From Candidatus Magasanikiibacteriota bacterium (GTDB lineage: Bacteria > Patescibacteriota > Patescibacteriia > Magasanikbacterales > UBA922): DNA of 64,000 nt. Shown here in pieces: positions 1 through 10,659 of the stretch (position 1 is its first letter; the number at the start of each line of letters is the position of its first letter). A program made the translations under genes and the position numbers. The notes below the pieces were generated by a model. That model was not told where the DNA came from. It was given only the letters and a program-made list of their open reading frames with translations, and searched no databases. The stretch spans positions 1,688-65,687 of the forward strand of contig JABIEQ010000010.1 in assembly GCA_018651085.1 (NCBI GenBank), read 5' to 3'.

Positions 1-1
1 C

Positions 2-577
2 AAATAATAATACATCGCTTGGTGTAATTTCTTCATTGTTTTTAAATGCAATGAGCTGATCAATAAGCGTGTTTAATCTCCAAGTGTCAGATCCTAAATG
101 ACGCGATAAGTCTTGAGCTGCGCTCCTTGCAATCTGTCCGCCCCTTCTTTTTACTGTGTCGATAATCCAAGCATCAAGTTTTGTTCCTGAAAGTTCTTCA
201 AATCCTTGGGCAAATTTTTCTTTTCCTAAACGAGCAAACAATTCTTTTGCGACTTTTGTTCTAAACTTATCATTTCCTTCCCAGAAAACAAGAATTGTGT
301 CATCTGGAAATGATTGTGCTTCAATTCTATCAAGAATTATTTGCGCAAGTTCTTTTTGTTTTGATATTAAAAGATTCTCAATAACAACCATTCGCTTTTC
401 CGCAAGAAAGGGGATTGCTAGCATTTGCTCTTGCACCTTTGCCGGAGTTTCAGTTACACAATCTACCATAACGGTATTATACCCTTGCGGATCTCTATCT
501 TCTTTAAACTTCGTAATCATCTTTTTTAATTGTGCTCGACTGCGGAAAGTATCTTTCCCGTATAGAAATAAAATCAT
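2..577 (-). CDS. holA: DNA polymerase III delta subunit, partial (runs off window start)
   Basis: Manual translation from ATG at 577: MILFLYGKDTFRSRAQLKK...AIPFLAEKRMVVIENL...LGSDTWRLNTLIDQL, matching HolA motifs; absent from the ORF track because it is truncated. Confidence 0.85.
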   Translation of the reverse strand, partial: MILFLYGKDTFRSRAQLKKMITKFKEDRDPQGYNTVMVDCVTETPAKVQEQMLAIPFLAEKRMVVIENLLISKQKELAQIILDRIEAQSFPDDTILVFWEGNDKFRTKVAKELFARLGKEKFAQGFEELSGTKLDAWIIDTVKRRGGQIARSAAQDLSRHLGSDTWRLNTLIDQLIAFKNNEEITPSDVLLF

Positions 578-625
578 ATCCTGATACTTAGTATTGATAG
601 ATTCATTTTAGTACGTGTATCGTAC

Positions 626-1762
626 TTACGCAAGTCGCCGTTTATGTTGCTCCCATAAAAGCTCAAAATGAACCCTAAACGTTTGTGCCATGTCTTCGTC
701 ATTAATCTGTACAAATATTTTTTTACTTGGCAAACTAATCAATGTTTTATTTCCATATATAAGAAATGCGGCAAGAGTTACCGTCCCTGGCTCCATCCAT
801 TGTATTTGCGTATGATCTAAATTTTCTAAACGTGGCCCTACTTCTCGTGCTTTATTATTTAAAAGAATTCTTGTGTGTATGTTCTTCTTTGCACGCTTTT
901 CATGAAACTCAACTAACATATCTGCGAAATCCTTTCCGAAATTAGGAATACCCATAACAACAAGTTCTTCGCCCTCTTTAAGTGTTAGTAATATGTCTCC
1001 AAACGCGGCATAAAAACCTTCATTCCCATGTAAGGTATTTGTTTTTTGATTCCAAAGATGTTTAAAATATGTTTTAAACCCATCTACTACCTCTATACTT
1101 TTCAAACTAAAGGTTAGCGGGTTGTCACTTAAAATACTCAAATCTAGTTGGTCTCCAAAAAATGCCATGAGCATAGGAGTCCTAATATTTGAAGGTAAAT
1201 ATTTTGCCTCAATGTTATCAAGGCCATTTCTCCATTGAACCTCTTCTTGGTCTGCTGATCTATCAAATAAAAATTTAATATTTACCCCTTTCTCGCTTAA
1301 TTTTTTATTCCATTTTTTCCAATACGAAGAAAGAACTGGCATCGTACTTAATTTTGATCCACCAAGAATATAGACGGTTTCACCTTTATCAAGTGCGTAT
1401 GCTTTTGCTCGAAGTTGTTTTAGGCTTTCAATACCTTCATGAATACTTACTTCTCTTGGAGCTTCAATTTGCTTTTGCTTAAGTTTTTCAATAACATCAG
1501 CGGCAGTTTGCTTTCTTTTTTCTATTTCTTCCATAAGCACTTCCGGTGCGTTAGCACTAAACTCAGCAACACCTTTTTTCATAGTCTTACTCACGAGCCC
1601 ACGAAAAATAAGATCTTCAAGTGACGTATACACAAGATTTCTATGCAAACCCGTTATATCTATAATTTCACCTGCTCGTGCTTTTCCTAAATCAAAAAGT
1701 GTTAAATAGACATGGCCCTCATTTTTACTAAATCCTAATTCTTCAAGTTTATCTTTTATCAT
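626..1762 (-). CDS. TrmB-family transcriptional regulator (wHTH plus two PLD-like effector domains)
   Basis: N-terminus LEELGFSKNEGHVYLTL...GLHRNLVYTSLEDL..RGLV; the C-terminal domain occurs twice (EG..L..../F..LW pattern). Confidence 0.8.
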   Translation of the reverse strand: MIKDKLEELGFSKNEGHVYLTLFDLGKARAGEIIDITGLHRNLVYTSLEDLIFRGLVSKTMKKGVAEFSANAPEVLMEEIEKRKQTAADVIEKLKQKQIEAPREVSIHEGIESLKQLRAKAYALDKGETVYILGGSKLSTMPVLSSYWKKWNKKLSEKGVNIKFLFDRSADQEEVQWRNGLDNIEAKYLPSNIRTPMLMAFFGDQLDLSILSDNPLTFSLKSIEVVDGFKTYFKHLWNQKTNTLHGNEGFYAAFGDILLTLKEGEELVVMGIPNFGKDFADMLVEFHEKRAKKNIHTRILLNNKAREVGPRLENLDHTQIQWMEPGTVTLAAFLIYGNKTLISLPSKKIFVQINDEDMAQTFRVHFELLWEQHKRRLA

Positions 1763-1878
1763 ATTATCATTATTAATGTGACAATACTACTATACTGTAT
1801 TAAGCCTTTTTTGTACATTTCTATCTTTTTGGTCAATATTTTTATGACTGAATTTTACCTAAGTTAAGCTTAAAATAC

Positions 1879-1907
1879 TTGACTAGTCTCTTTTTTTATG
1901 ATATTAT
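1879..1907 (+). promoter_or_regulatory. sigma70-type promoter for the 1962 gene
   Basis: TTGACT-N17-TATTAT with an extended -10 TG. Confidence 0.6.
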
Positions 1908-1961
1908 GAGCTCGTCAAGCTTGATAACCGGCCAAACCCGGCCAGAACTGCAGGAACTATT

Positions 1962-2441
1962 GTGAAGACCTTTACCCCTGTCCTTATCATCATCTCAGCT
2001 CTTTTTATCAACACTACGACAGAGGCTCAGATCGTTCAGACCTACATTACGACTGTTACCCCCATTTCCTACGATGGGACGTGGTCTAAAACGACCATCA
2101 GCACAGGGGGAGCCGCCATTCTTGTTCCCCTCGGGGAGGAAGGATGGTTCTTTCGTGGTTTACTAGGGGGAGGTGCGTTCTTGCAAGGCAACTCCAAACC
2201 CAGCGTGCCCGTAGCCCAAGGCTTTGGACTCCTTGGCTATAAACTCACTAAGGAATTTGTTTTCCTTGGTGGAGGTGGCATGAACGCCTTATTTCTTCCT
2301 ACTGGAGACACCAAAATTGTCATGACAGGGGTTAGTGGGGTAGGATGGGCTGTGAATAGACGTCTCCTCCTTGCAGGAGTGATGGCATTTACGCCAGATG
2401 GTTTTGCCCCTGGAGTACAACTTACGATCAATCTATTTTAG
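1962..2441 (+). CDS. Secreted hypothetical protein, beta-strand rich (beta-barrel-like), C-terminal Phe
   Basis: Signal-peptide-like N-terminus (TEA-Q), Gly-rich alternating hydrophobic strands, ends GVQLTINLF; GC-richer than its neighbours. Confidence 0.7.
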   Translation: MKTFTPVLIIISALFINTTTEAQIVQTYITTVTPISYDGTWSKTTISTGGAAILVPLGEEGWFFRGLLGGGAFLQGNSKPSVPVAQGFGLLGYKLTKEFVFLGGGGMNALFLPTGDTKIVMTGVSGVGWAVNRRLLLAGVMAFTPDGFAPGVQLTINLF

Positions 2442-2517
2442 GAGGTCTGGTTATCTTTGGAACTGACCACCCCCGCTACCGGCGGCGCACACCGGAACCC
2501 TCTTGTTAGGCCTAAGA

Positions 2518-2560
2518 AGAGAATAAAAGATCACCTCGATGAGGTGATCTTTTATTCTCT
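2518..2560. terminator. Bidirectional intrinsic terminator between convergent genes
   Basis: Perfect 20-bp inverted repeat AGAGAATAAAAGATCACCTC-gat-GAGGTGATCTTTTATTCTCT. Confidence 0.8.
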
Positions 2561-2567
2561 AAATTTT

Positions 2568-5264
2568 TTATTTTAAGTTCCCCCAACTTTTTCCGATTTC
2601 GTATTCTACAACAACGGGCACTTTGAGTTCAACAACGGCTACCATGATGTCATGCAACTCTTTTGCTACGGATTCTTCTAATCCTTTTTTCACTTCAAGA
2701 ACGAGTTCGTCATGAACTTGCAAAAGAATTTTCACATCCTCTTTTTTATATGTCTTTTTAATATGCTTATGCATATTAATCATGGCAATTTTTGTAATGT
2801 CTGCTAACGTTCCTTGAATTGGCATGTTAATCGCCATACGCTCTCCTGACGCACGTACCTGAAAATTTCCTGCTTGTAGCTCAGGGACATACCGACGCCT
2901 TCCAAAGAGCGTCTCAACGTATCCAGTCTCTTTTGCTTTTTCTAATGTGTCATCAAGAAACTTTTTAACTCGAGAAAATGATTCAAAATATTTTTTAATG
3001 AATTCTCGAGCAACAGCTTGAGAAAGTTTTGTTCTTTGCGCAAGACCAAACGCTCCCATACCATAAAGTACGCCAAAGTTTACTTCTTTTGCCGAACGAC
3101 GCTGATCTTTTGTTACGTCTTCAAGTTTTACTCCATGAATAAATGCTGCGGTAGCTTTATGAATGTCTTCACCGTTTTGAAAAATGGCCATCATGTTTTT
3201 ATCTTCAGCCATTGATGCCACGATACGTAATTCCATTTGTGAATAATCAGCAGCAATGAGTATGTATCCTTCTTCTGCAACAAAAGCATCGCGAACTTTT
3301 TTTCCTTGTGTTGTTCTAATTGGAATATTTTGTAAGTTTGGATCTGAACTTGATAGACGACCAGTTGAAGCAACGGTTTGATTAAACGTTGTGTGAATGC
3401 GCCCTGTTTTTTTATTAATCAATGTTGGCAATACATCAACATACGTATTTTGTAGTTTTGAAAGTTCACGAAATGATTCAATCATTGCAATGATCTCGTG
3501 TTGATCACGAAGTTTTTCTAATTCACTCGCTGCAGTTGAATATCCCGTCTTCCCTTTTTTAATTCCTTCTGTTGGTAACTCCATTTTTTCAAATAGCACT
3601 TCTCGTAATTGCATGGAAGACGCTACATTAAACTCTTCTCCAGATTCCTTCCAAATCTTTTGAGTAATGTCCTTAAGGTCTTTTGCTATTTGGGTTGACT
3701 GCTCTTTTAATGCCTTTGTATCGAGTGCAATCCCATGTAATTCTGCTTGGGCAAGTGCTGGAATAAGCGCCATTTCCATATCTTCAAATAACTTGAGGTT
3801 CTCAGCTTCTTTTAATGATTTTTCTTGCTTTTTCTTTATCTCAAGTACTCGTTGTAGTTCACCGGCAATGAGTGTTGGGTCTACTCCAAACAAACTTGTT
3901 TGATCACCTCCGTCTACCATTGTTTCACCTAATTCTCGAAGCACGATGTCTTTTAAATTATGTGCACGTGTACTTGCATCAATAATGTATGAAGCAACCA
4001 TGACATCAAAAATTTTTGCTGCTATGTTTTTATTGTTCCACAACAATGCCCGCACAAGTTGTTTTAAGTTATGTCCAACAATGGTTTTCTTTTCATTCGT
4101 AAATAAACTGAACAATGTATCATTATCTTTTTTACTTATCTTTTTTACCTCAACATAATACGAATTCTTGTACGTTACAAAAACAAACCCTAAAAGGTCG
4201 CTTTCAAATACACTTGTACCACTAAGTACTTCTTTACACCCCCATTCTTTTTCAGCATTAAGTTCCTGAAAAAAAACAGCACTGTTTTTCTCGTTTACAA
4301 TAGTTATTTTTTTACTTCGTGCTTTTGTTTTTTTATTTCCGCTATGTTCGCTTTGTTCAACTCCAGGTATTCTTTTTACTAACGAATAAAAACCAAATGA
4401 TCGAAATAGATCTGTGACTTTTTTCACATCAAACTCATGCGCCACACATTTTGCTAATGTAAACTTCAGTTCTTTTACCTCGGTATGAATCGTTGCAAGC
4501 TCTTGGCTCATAAATGCATTGTCTTCACTTGCTTCAAGTTTTTCAATGATCCCTTTTTTAAATTCAGTATGTAAACGAGAGTCTTTGTCTTTTAGTTGTT
4601 TATAAATTTCTTCAAGACCACCAATCTCATTAATAAGTTTTGTCGCTCCTTTATCACCAATACCTTTAACTCCAGGAATGTTATCTGAACTATCTCCTTT
4701 TATTGATTTGTAGGTTACCACCATGTTTGGCCCAAAGGTAAACTTTTCGATAACTTTTTGTTCATCATATAATTCAAACTCAGATACCCCTCTTTTTAAA
4801 AGATATACATGTGTGTCTTCATCAACTAATTGTAAGAGATCTTTATCTCCAGTTACAATGACAAATTCAATATCTTCTTTGTTCTTTTTTACTTTTTTTG
4901 CAAGCGTACCAATAACATCATCAGCTTCAAACCCTTTTTGTTCGTAAATGGGAATATTAAACGCTTCAACAAGGTCGTGAGCAAGTGGAATTTGATCATA
5001 AAGATCCTGATCTGATTTTACCCGTGTTGCTTTATAGTCTTCATAAATTTCATCTCGAAAAGTTCCTCCAGGCATATCAAATGTCACTGCAAGGTATGTG
5101 GGTTTAATATCACTCAATATTTTCAATAGCATTAAGGCAAATCCGTACACGGCATTTACCACTGTTCCGTCTTTTGCGGTAAGTGGTGGCAGTGCGTGAT
5201 ACGCCCTATGAACAATAGCGTTCCCGTCAATAATGACAAATCGTGGTTTTTCTGATGTAGACAT
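2568..5264 (-). CDS. polA: DNA polymerase I
   Basis: IIDGNAIVHRAYHA 5'-3' exonuclease; TGRLSSSDPNLQNIP, ADYSQMELR, AKEVNFGVLYG, LQVHDELV polymerase motifs. Confidence 0.97.
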   Translation of the reverse strand: MSTSEKPRFVIIDGNAIVHRAYHALPPLTAKDGTVVNAVYGFALMLLKILSDIKPTYLAVTFDMPGGTFRDEIYEDYKATRVKSDQDLYDQIPLAHDLVEAFNIPIYEQKGFEADDVIGTLAKKVKKNKEDIEFVIVTGDKDLLQLVDEDTHVYLLKRGVSEFELYDEQKVIEKFTFGPNMVVTYKSIKGDSSDNIPGVKGIGDKGATKLINEIGGLEEIYKQLKDKDSRLHTEFKKGIIEKLEASEDNAFMSQELATIHTEVKELKFTLAKCVAHEFDVKKVTDLFRSFGFYSLVKRIPGVEQSEHSGNKKTKARSKKITIVNEKNSAVFFQELNAEKEWGCKEVLSGTSVFESDLLGFVFVTYKNSYYVEVKKISKKDNDTLFSLFTNEKKTIVGHNLKQLVRALLWNNKNIAAKIFDVMVASYIIDASTRAHNLKDIVLRELGETMVDGGDQTSLFGVDPTLIAGELQRVLEIKKKQEKSLKEAENLKLFEDMEMALIPALAQAELHGIALDTKALKEQSTQIAKDLKDITQKIWKESGEEFNVASSMQLREVLFEKMELPTEGIKKGKTGYSTAASELEKLRDQHEIIAMIESFRELSKLQNTYVDVLPTLINKKTGRIHTTFNQTVASTGRLSSSDPNLQNIPIRTTQGKKVRDAFVAEEGYILIAADYSQMELRIVASMAEDKNMMAIFQNGEDIHKATAAFIHGVKLEDVTKDQRRSAKEVNFGVLYGMGAFGLAQRTKLSQAVAREFIKKYFESFSRVKKFLDDTLEKAKETGYVETLFGRRRYVPELQAGNFQVRASGERMAINMPIQGTLADITKIAMINMHKHIKKTYKKEDVKILLQVHDELVLEVKKGLEESVAKELHDIMVAVVELKVPVVVEYEIGKSWGNLK

Positions 5265-5366
5265 AGATATAGGGAAAATATTTTTTCACCATATCCATGG
5301 TCACCTCGTCTCCTCCAAACGACGAGGTGGTCCATGCACAGTGCACAGGAGATGAACAAAGACTCC

Positions 5367-5753
5367 CTACGTGAGCTTCTTTTCTCTCTCCATGATGTCT
5401 TCTAACAAAGAGACCGCCTGATCAGCGGCATATCTGCCGATCTCCCCGAATAGCCCTCCTCTTGAGTGTTCCTTTCGCAGGCGCCGAGCTTGGCGCCACC
5501 TGCTAAACCAGATCCACCCGATCCCGGGTGTTGCGGCGCACAGGGCACCGCCGATGGCGAGGGGCAGGATCATGGGGCCGTTGAAGACTCCGGAAAGCCC
5601 GAAGACCGTCACCGCAATCTGCATTGCGATGAGCATGACGCCGATCACTGGTGCGAGCACCAGTAACACCTGCCATCTTCTTGCTCGTGCTTCTGCCTTT
5701 TTCAGCTCCGCTCTGTCCTCGTTGGTTACCGTCGTCGCCAATGCCGTACTCAT
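5367..5753 (-). CDS. Hypothetical membrane protein (2 TM), GC-rich islet
   Basis: AGGAGG 5 nt before ATG at 5753 (MSTALATT); two hydrophobic helices; markedly GC-rich codons. Confidence 0.7.
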   Translation of the reverse strand: MSTALATTVTNEDRAELKKAEARARRWQVLLVLAPVIGVMLIAMQIAVTVFGLSGVFNGPMILPLAIGGALCAATPGIGWIWFSRWRQARRLRKEHSRGGLFGEIGRYAADQAVSLLEDIMEREKKLT

Positions 5754-5889
5754 AGGGTCCTCCTGTGTGTTGTGCATCTCCCTAGTTTGTACGTTCTATG
5801 GTACATGGAAGTCACAGGTACGTAAATAGGGAGAGATCTTGAGTAATTCTCTCTATTATGGTACATTGGACACGCTTGATTTTGCATTT

Positions 5890-5964
<75 letters not shown>

Positions 5965-6012
5965 AAGTAAAAAGCTCCCTCAATTGAGGGAGCTTTTTAG
6001 TATATATTTATT

Positions 6013-6594
6013 TTAGAAAATTTCCATTACTAACCTTTGTGCACCAAAGGTTACAGCTTCTGCACGAGACTTATCAGCATCAATTTTTCCGTTTTCTCCA
6101 AGTTCTGCCTTATAAAAGTCTACACGGTATTGTCCGTTATACTTTTTGTTCATCTTATCTCGTACGGTAAACACTTTATCTCCATAGATATCAGGAAATC
6201 GTACTTTTGTTCCGATAGCAAGCATGTTTGTTGCAATGGTATCTTCTAACCCATTTTCTTCAAACTGTTCACAAAGGTTAAATGACTCAAAGTACGGGAG
6301 ACATGGGTTTCCCCAGTTTTGCCAAGTATCAGAAGAATACGCTGTTGAAATAACTGTCACAATTCTTCGTGGTTCCCTTGTTCCTGCTTCGGGAAAGGCA
6401 ATGTCTTCAACCTGATAGACTCCTTTAAGAGAATCTACTTTGTTTGAAATTTCTGCGTGTACTACGGTATACGTCCCTGAGGCAACGAGAATAGCAATAA
6501 GTGTTGCTATTGTAATCACTGACTTAGAGAGGTTTCGGTAAATTTTGCTAAATAAAGCCTTTTTTAGGCGTTTCGAGGGTAAATCATCAATCAT
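6013..6594 (-). CDS. Membrane-anchored 3D-domain (lytic transglycosylase-like) protein
   Basis: TM helix followed by STAYSS...IATNMLAIGTKVRFP..YGDKVFTVRDKMN...RVDFY...FG; start codon uncertain. Confidence 0.7.
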   Translation of the reverse strand: MIDDLPSKRLKKALFSKIYRNLSKSVITIATLIAILVASGTYTVVHAEISNKVDSLKGVYQVEDIAFPEAGTREPRRIVTVISTAYSSDTWQNWGNPCLPYFESFNLCEQFEENGLEDTIATNMLAIGTKVRFPDIYGDKVFTVRDKMNKKYNGQYRVDFYKAELGENGKIDADKSRAEAVTFGAQRLVMEIF

Positions 6595-6764
6595 AGAATG
6601 AATATAATTGTACATGATTACCATTTTCTTTTGAAGTGTAGCTGTTGATATCTTCATAAACAGATATTGATTACCTTGTGTTTTATAACAAAATACTATA
6701 CCATAAATAGGACCTTTTGTCAATAGTTTTAACCCCTTTTTTAGCTTAACAAAGCCAAAATTTT

Positions 6765-9476
6765 ATGCCTCGATCACCCCGTGGTGGACGCTCATATGGG
6801 TATGTTAATACCCCGCCTGATCACTCCCCTAAAAAGCGAAAAAAAATACAGAAAAATCAATCAACACCTTTAAAGAAAAAAAGAAATACTTCTTCTCGTT
6901 CTTTTGTTCCTCTATTACTCCTTCCTCTTCGTCTACTTGGGTGGCTATTAGTCCGTTTTTTTGGATTTTTTGCTCAGGTGCTCCGTAAAAAAGGAGGAAT
7001 GAAACAACTTTTTAAATATGGAGTGTTGAGCATGGTACTCCTTTTTGTACTAGCAGTAGTCTCAACCATTTGGATTGGGCGCAATCTCCCAGACCCTGAT
7101 AGGTTATCTGATAGACCAGTTGCTCAAAGTACAAAAATATATGACCGAACAGGCGACCATTTGTTATACGAAATTTTTGCTGATGAGAAACGAACGCTGG
7201 TGTCTTTAGAAGAAATACCTCAAGAACTTATTGATGCCGTCATTTCGACAGAAGACACTGCTTTTTATGAACATCGTGGTGTACGACCACTTAGTATTGC
7301 TCGATCTATTGTGTATGGCCTTGTAGGGAAAGGGCGTATTGGTGGAGGAGCATCAACACTTACACAACAACTTGTAAAAAATGCCATTCTTACAAATGAA
7401 CGAAAAATAACAAGAAAGGTAAAAGAAATACTGTTATCTGTTCGACTAGAACAAAAATATACAAAAGATCAGATTTTACAAATTTACTTTAATGAAATTC
7501 CATACGGATCAACAAACTATGGTGTGCAATCTGCTGCTCAAAGTTATTTTGGAAAAGATGTATCTAAACTCACCCTTCAAGAATCAGCGACACTTGCAGG
7601 CCTTCCAAGAGCTCCGTCAACATATCTTGGTAATCCTGAAGCATTAAAAAAACGACGAGACTTTGTCTTGTTTCGTATGGCGGCTGAAGGAAAAATAACA
7701 GAAGCCCAAAAAGTCGCTGCCCAAGCTGAACCACTAACGCTCTCTCGTTCGTTTAGTAATATCAAAGCGCCTCATTTTGTTTTGTATGTAAAAAAACAAT
7801 TAGCTAAACTTTATGGTGAGCAACTTGTTGAAACCGGTGGACTGAAAGTTATCACATCACTTGATTGGGACAAACAACAAATTGCTGAGCAAACCATTGA
7901 AGACTTAACAGAATCAACACTCACTACAGCAGGAGCAGATAATGCAGCCTTACTTGCCCTTGATCCAAGAAACGGACATATTTTGAGTCTGGTTGGTTCT
8001 CGAGATTTTTATGACGATGAGATTGATGGGCAGTTTAATGTGATTACTCTTGGATTACGCCAACCAGGATCAAGCATCAAACCAATTATTTATGCCGCAG
8101 CATTTGAAAAAGGGTATACCCCTGAGACAGTATTGTTTGATACTCGAACAAACTTTGCACCAAATGCGCGCGCGTATACACCTGAAAATTATGATCTTCA
8201 GGAACGTGGTCCAGTAACTATGAGACAAGCGCTTCAAGGATCATTAAATATTCCGGCAGTAAAAACACAATACCTTGTTGGGAACAATGCTGTCGGAGAC
8301 TTTTTGTCTCGTTTAAATTACACCACTCTTGATACAGATAGACTAGGACTTTCTCTTGTCCTTGGTGGAGGAGAAGTAAAACCCATGGAACATATTTCTT
8401 CGTTTGCCATTCTTGCAAACAATGGAAAAAATGTTACGCCAGTAAGTATTTTAAAAGTTGAAGATAACCAAGGCGCTATTCTTCAAGAATGGAAAGCAAC
8501 ACGAGCACAACAAGTAATTGATAACGATATTATCGCAACAATTACAAATGTGCTTCAAGACGATGAGGCTCGTGCATATTTATTTGGTGCAGGCGGTGTG
8601 CTGACACTCCCAGGAAGACCCGTTGCGGCAAAGACAGGAACAACAAATAATTATAAAGACGCTTGGACTGTTGGATACACTCCAAGTCTGGTTACAGGTG
8701 TGTGGGCAGGAAACACAAATAATAAATCAATGACGGTTGGATTTGGGGGAAGTCGAGTAGCGGCACCTATTTGGCAAAAATTCATGACAGAGGCGCTAAA
8801 AGATACCAAGGTTGAATCTTTCCCAACACCACCAGCTAATGACGCTGAGAAGCCCGTTTTACGCGGCTCACAAGGTGGTGGCATTACATTGAAGATCGAT
8901 AAAGTTACTAATAAACTTGCAACGACTTCAACGCCACCACAATATATTGTTGAGCGAACATATATTCCACCTCATTCTATTTTGCATTACGTTAAAAAAG
9001 ATGATCCTCGTGGAAGCGTTCCAAAAGATCCTAATGATGATTTTCAATATCACATTTGGGAAGCGTCTATTCAAGACTGGATAAAAAGAAAACAAGAAGA
9101 AGACGAAACATGGGAAGTAAGCTTTGACGAACCTCCAACAGAATATGATGATGTCCACTCTCTTGAACTTATACCAACTCTTAAAGTGGTGTTCCCTGCA
9201 CCAAGCAGTACCGTATCAGGAGACATTCTTAACACCGATATTCGAGTGAGTGCCCCTCGTGGTATTACTCGAGTTATTTATAGGGTTGATCAAAAGTATG
9301 TTGGTGTTGTGCGCGAACATCCGTTTAACCTTGTGTATGAGACCGGTGGCTTATCTGACGGAGAACATATACTGACCATTATTGTTGAAGACGATATTGG
9401 AAATAGCATTCGAGAAACAGTTCCTTTCACTTTTCTTAAACAAAAAGATCCTGAACAGAAAAAAGAAGACCTATAA
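6765..9476 (+). CDS. Class A penicillin-binding protein (PBP1A family) with C-terminal Ig-like domain
   Basis: EDTAFYEHRG and GGASTLTQQLVKN transglycosylase motifs; RQPGSSIKP, SLN and KTGT transpeptidase motifs. Confidence 0.93.
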   Translation: MPRSPRGGRSYGYVNTPPDHSPKKRKKIQKNQSTPLKKKRNTSSRSFVPLLLLPLRLLGWLLVRFFGFFAQVLRKKGGMKQLFKYGVLSMVLLFVLAVVSTIWIGRNLPDPDRLSDRPVAQSTKIYDRTGDHLLYEIFADEKRTLVSLEEIPQELIDAVISTEDTAFYEHRGVRPLSIARSIVYGLVGKGRIGGGASTLTQQLVKNAILTNERKITRKVKEILLSVRLEQKYTKDQILQIYFNEIPYGSTNYGVQSAAQSYFGKDVSKLTLQESATLAGLPRAPSTYLGNPEALKKRRDFVLFRMAAEGKITEAQKVAAQAEPLTLSRSFSNIKAPHFVLYVKKQLAKLYGEQLVETGGLKVITSLDWDKQQIAEQTIEDLTESTLTTAGADNAALLALDPRNGHILSLVGSRDFYDDEIDGQFNVITLGLRQPGSSIKPIIYAAAFEKGYTPETVLFDTRTNFAPNARAYTPENYDLQERGPVTMRQALQGSLNIPAVKTQYLVGNNAVGDFLSRLNYTTLDTDRLGLSLVLGGGEVKPMEHISSFAILANNGKNVTPVSILKVEDNQGAILQEWKATRAQQVIDNDIIATITNVLQDDEARAYLFGAGGVLTLPGRPVAAKTGTTNNYKDAWTVGYTPSLVTGVWAGNTNNKSMTVGFGGSRVAAPIWQKFMTEALKDTKVESFPTPPANDAEKPVLRGSQGGGITLKIDKVTNKLATTSTPPQYIVERTYIPPHSILHYVKKDDPRGSVPKDPNDDFQYHIWEASIQDWIKRKQEEDETWEVSFDEPPTEYDDVHSLELIPTLKVVFPAPSSTVSGDILNTDIRVSAPRGITRVIYRVDQKYVGVVREHPFNLVYETGGLSDGEHILTIIVEDDIGNSIRETVPFTFLKQKDPEQKKEDL

Positions 9477-9509
9477 AAAAAGACCTCCGATATACGGAGG
9501 TCTTTTTTT
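9475..9509. terminator. Bidirectional intrinsic terminator
   Basis: A7-GACCTCCG-atata-CGGAGGTC-T7 between convergent PBP and dnaN. Confidence 0.8.
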
Positions 9510-9518
9510 GTATCATCA

Positions 9519-10640
9519 TTACTGACGAATAGGCATGACTATGTATAAGTAATCTTCACGATTGTGTGGACGAAGCATACAGGGAGCATCACTACTATTC
9601 AAAAGAAAATCTCCTTTTTCTTCAAACTGAGATAATCCATCAAGGACATACCGATGATTCAATAAAATGGAATTTTCTTCTCCAGTTATTTCTACATCTA
9701 CTTCTGAGGCATGTTCACCTGTTTGTGTACTTGTTGACGAGACACCAATTGAACTGTTTTCCACGTTTAAATCAAACGACACGGCGTTTACCCCCATGGT
9801 TGTAAACAAACTTGCTGCTTTGATTTTTTTCTTTACGATGTCAACGGGAAATGTTGCTGTTGTTTTAAAGCTTTCAGGAATAATTTGAACATAATCTGGG
9901 TAGGTTCCATCAATAATGCGTGATGTCATCTGTATTCCCTGAAAAAGCATCGCAATTTGATTATCACTAATATGTAATTCAACAGTCATGTCTCCCTCCA
10001 TACCTTTTTGTGAAGAAATCAGTCTTGCCATTTCATACACGGTTTTAGCAGGGATAATACAAGTTACCGTATCAACTCCTCCAGCAAGGGACACTTTCTT
10101 TTCTGCGAGACGGTATGAATCCGTAGCAGCTAAAATTAAACCACTGTATCGTTCTGTTTTAAATCCCATGTACACACCAGAAAGTTCTGGTCGTATTTCA
10201 TTTTTAGCGGCAGCAAAGACCACACTAGAAAGCGCATCTCTAAATGGTGCTGCACTGAGGGTAAATGTTTGAGCTTCTTGGATTGCAGGGATAACAGGAT
10301 ATTCGTCAGCGGGGATGCCTTTTATTTTTGTACTTGAGCTTCCGCTTTTTACAAGGAGTTCATTTCCTTTAAGTGTTACGTCGACTTGTTCACTACCAAG
10401 AAGGTTTACATAATCTGTAAGCGTTTTTGCTGGAACAGTAAACGATCCTGTTTGTTCTATTTTTCCTCTGAGTGTTGTTTGTACGGCTATCTCTAGATTT
10501 GTACTAATAACTTCAATATGCGCTTCGTGCGCTTTTATTAAAATATTAGTGAGTATAGGGAGGTTCACTTGTTTCCCTGCAATACCACTTACTACGGTAA
10601 GTGCATGTGCTAAGTTTTCTTTGGTACACGTAAATTTCAT
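9519..10640 (-). CDS. dnaN: DNA polymerase III beta clamp
   Basis: LPILTNILI, STNLEI, RPELSGV, AATDSYRLA, GTYPDY, YIVMPIR; lies downstream of dnaA. Confidence 0.96.
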   Translation of the reverse strand: MKFTCTKENLAHALTVVSGIAGKQVNLPILTNILIKAHEAHIEVISTNLEIAVQTTLRGKIEQTGSFTVPAKTLTDYVNLLGSEQVDVTLKGNELLVKSGSSSTKIKGIPADEYPVIPAIQEAQTFTLSAAPFRDALSSVVFAAAKNEIRPELSGVYMGFKTERYSGLILAATDSYRLAEKKVSLAGGVDTVTCIIPAKTVYEMARLISSQKGMEGDMTVELHISDNQIAMLFQGIQMTSRIIDGTYPDYVQIIPESFKTTATFPVDIVKKKIKAASLFTTMGVNAVSFDLNVENSSIGVSSTSTQTGEHASEVDVEITGEENSILLNHRYVLDGLSQFEEKGDFLLNSSDAPCMLRPHNREDYLYIVMPIRQ

Positions 10641-10659
10641 ATACACAGGTTGCTTAAAG

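Noticed and set aside
156-584. Plus-strand 142-aa ORF and the many other short antisense ORFs in the track
   Set aside because: They are shadows of well-supported genes on the opposite strand (here holA) and have no recognisable motifs.
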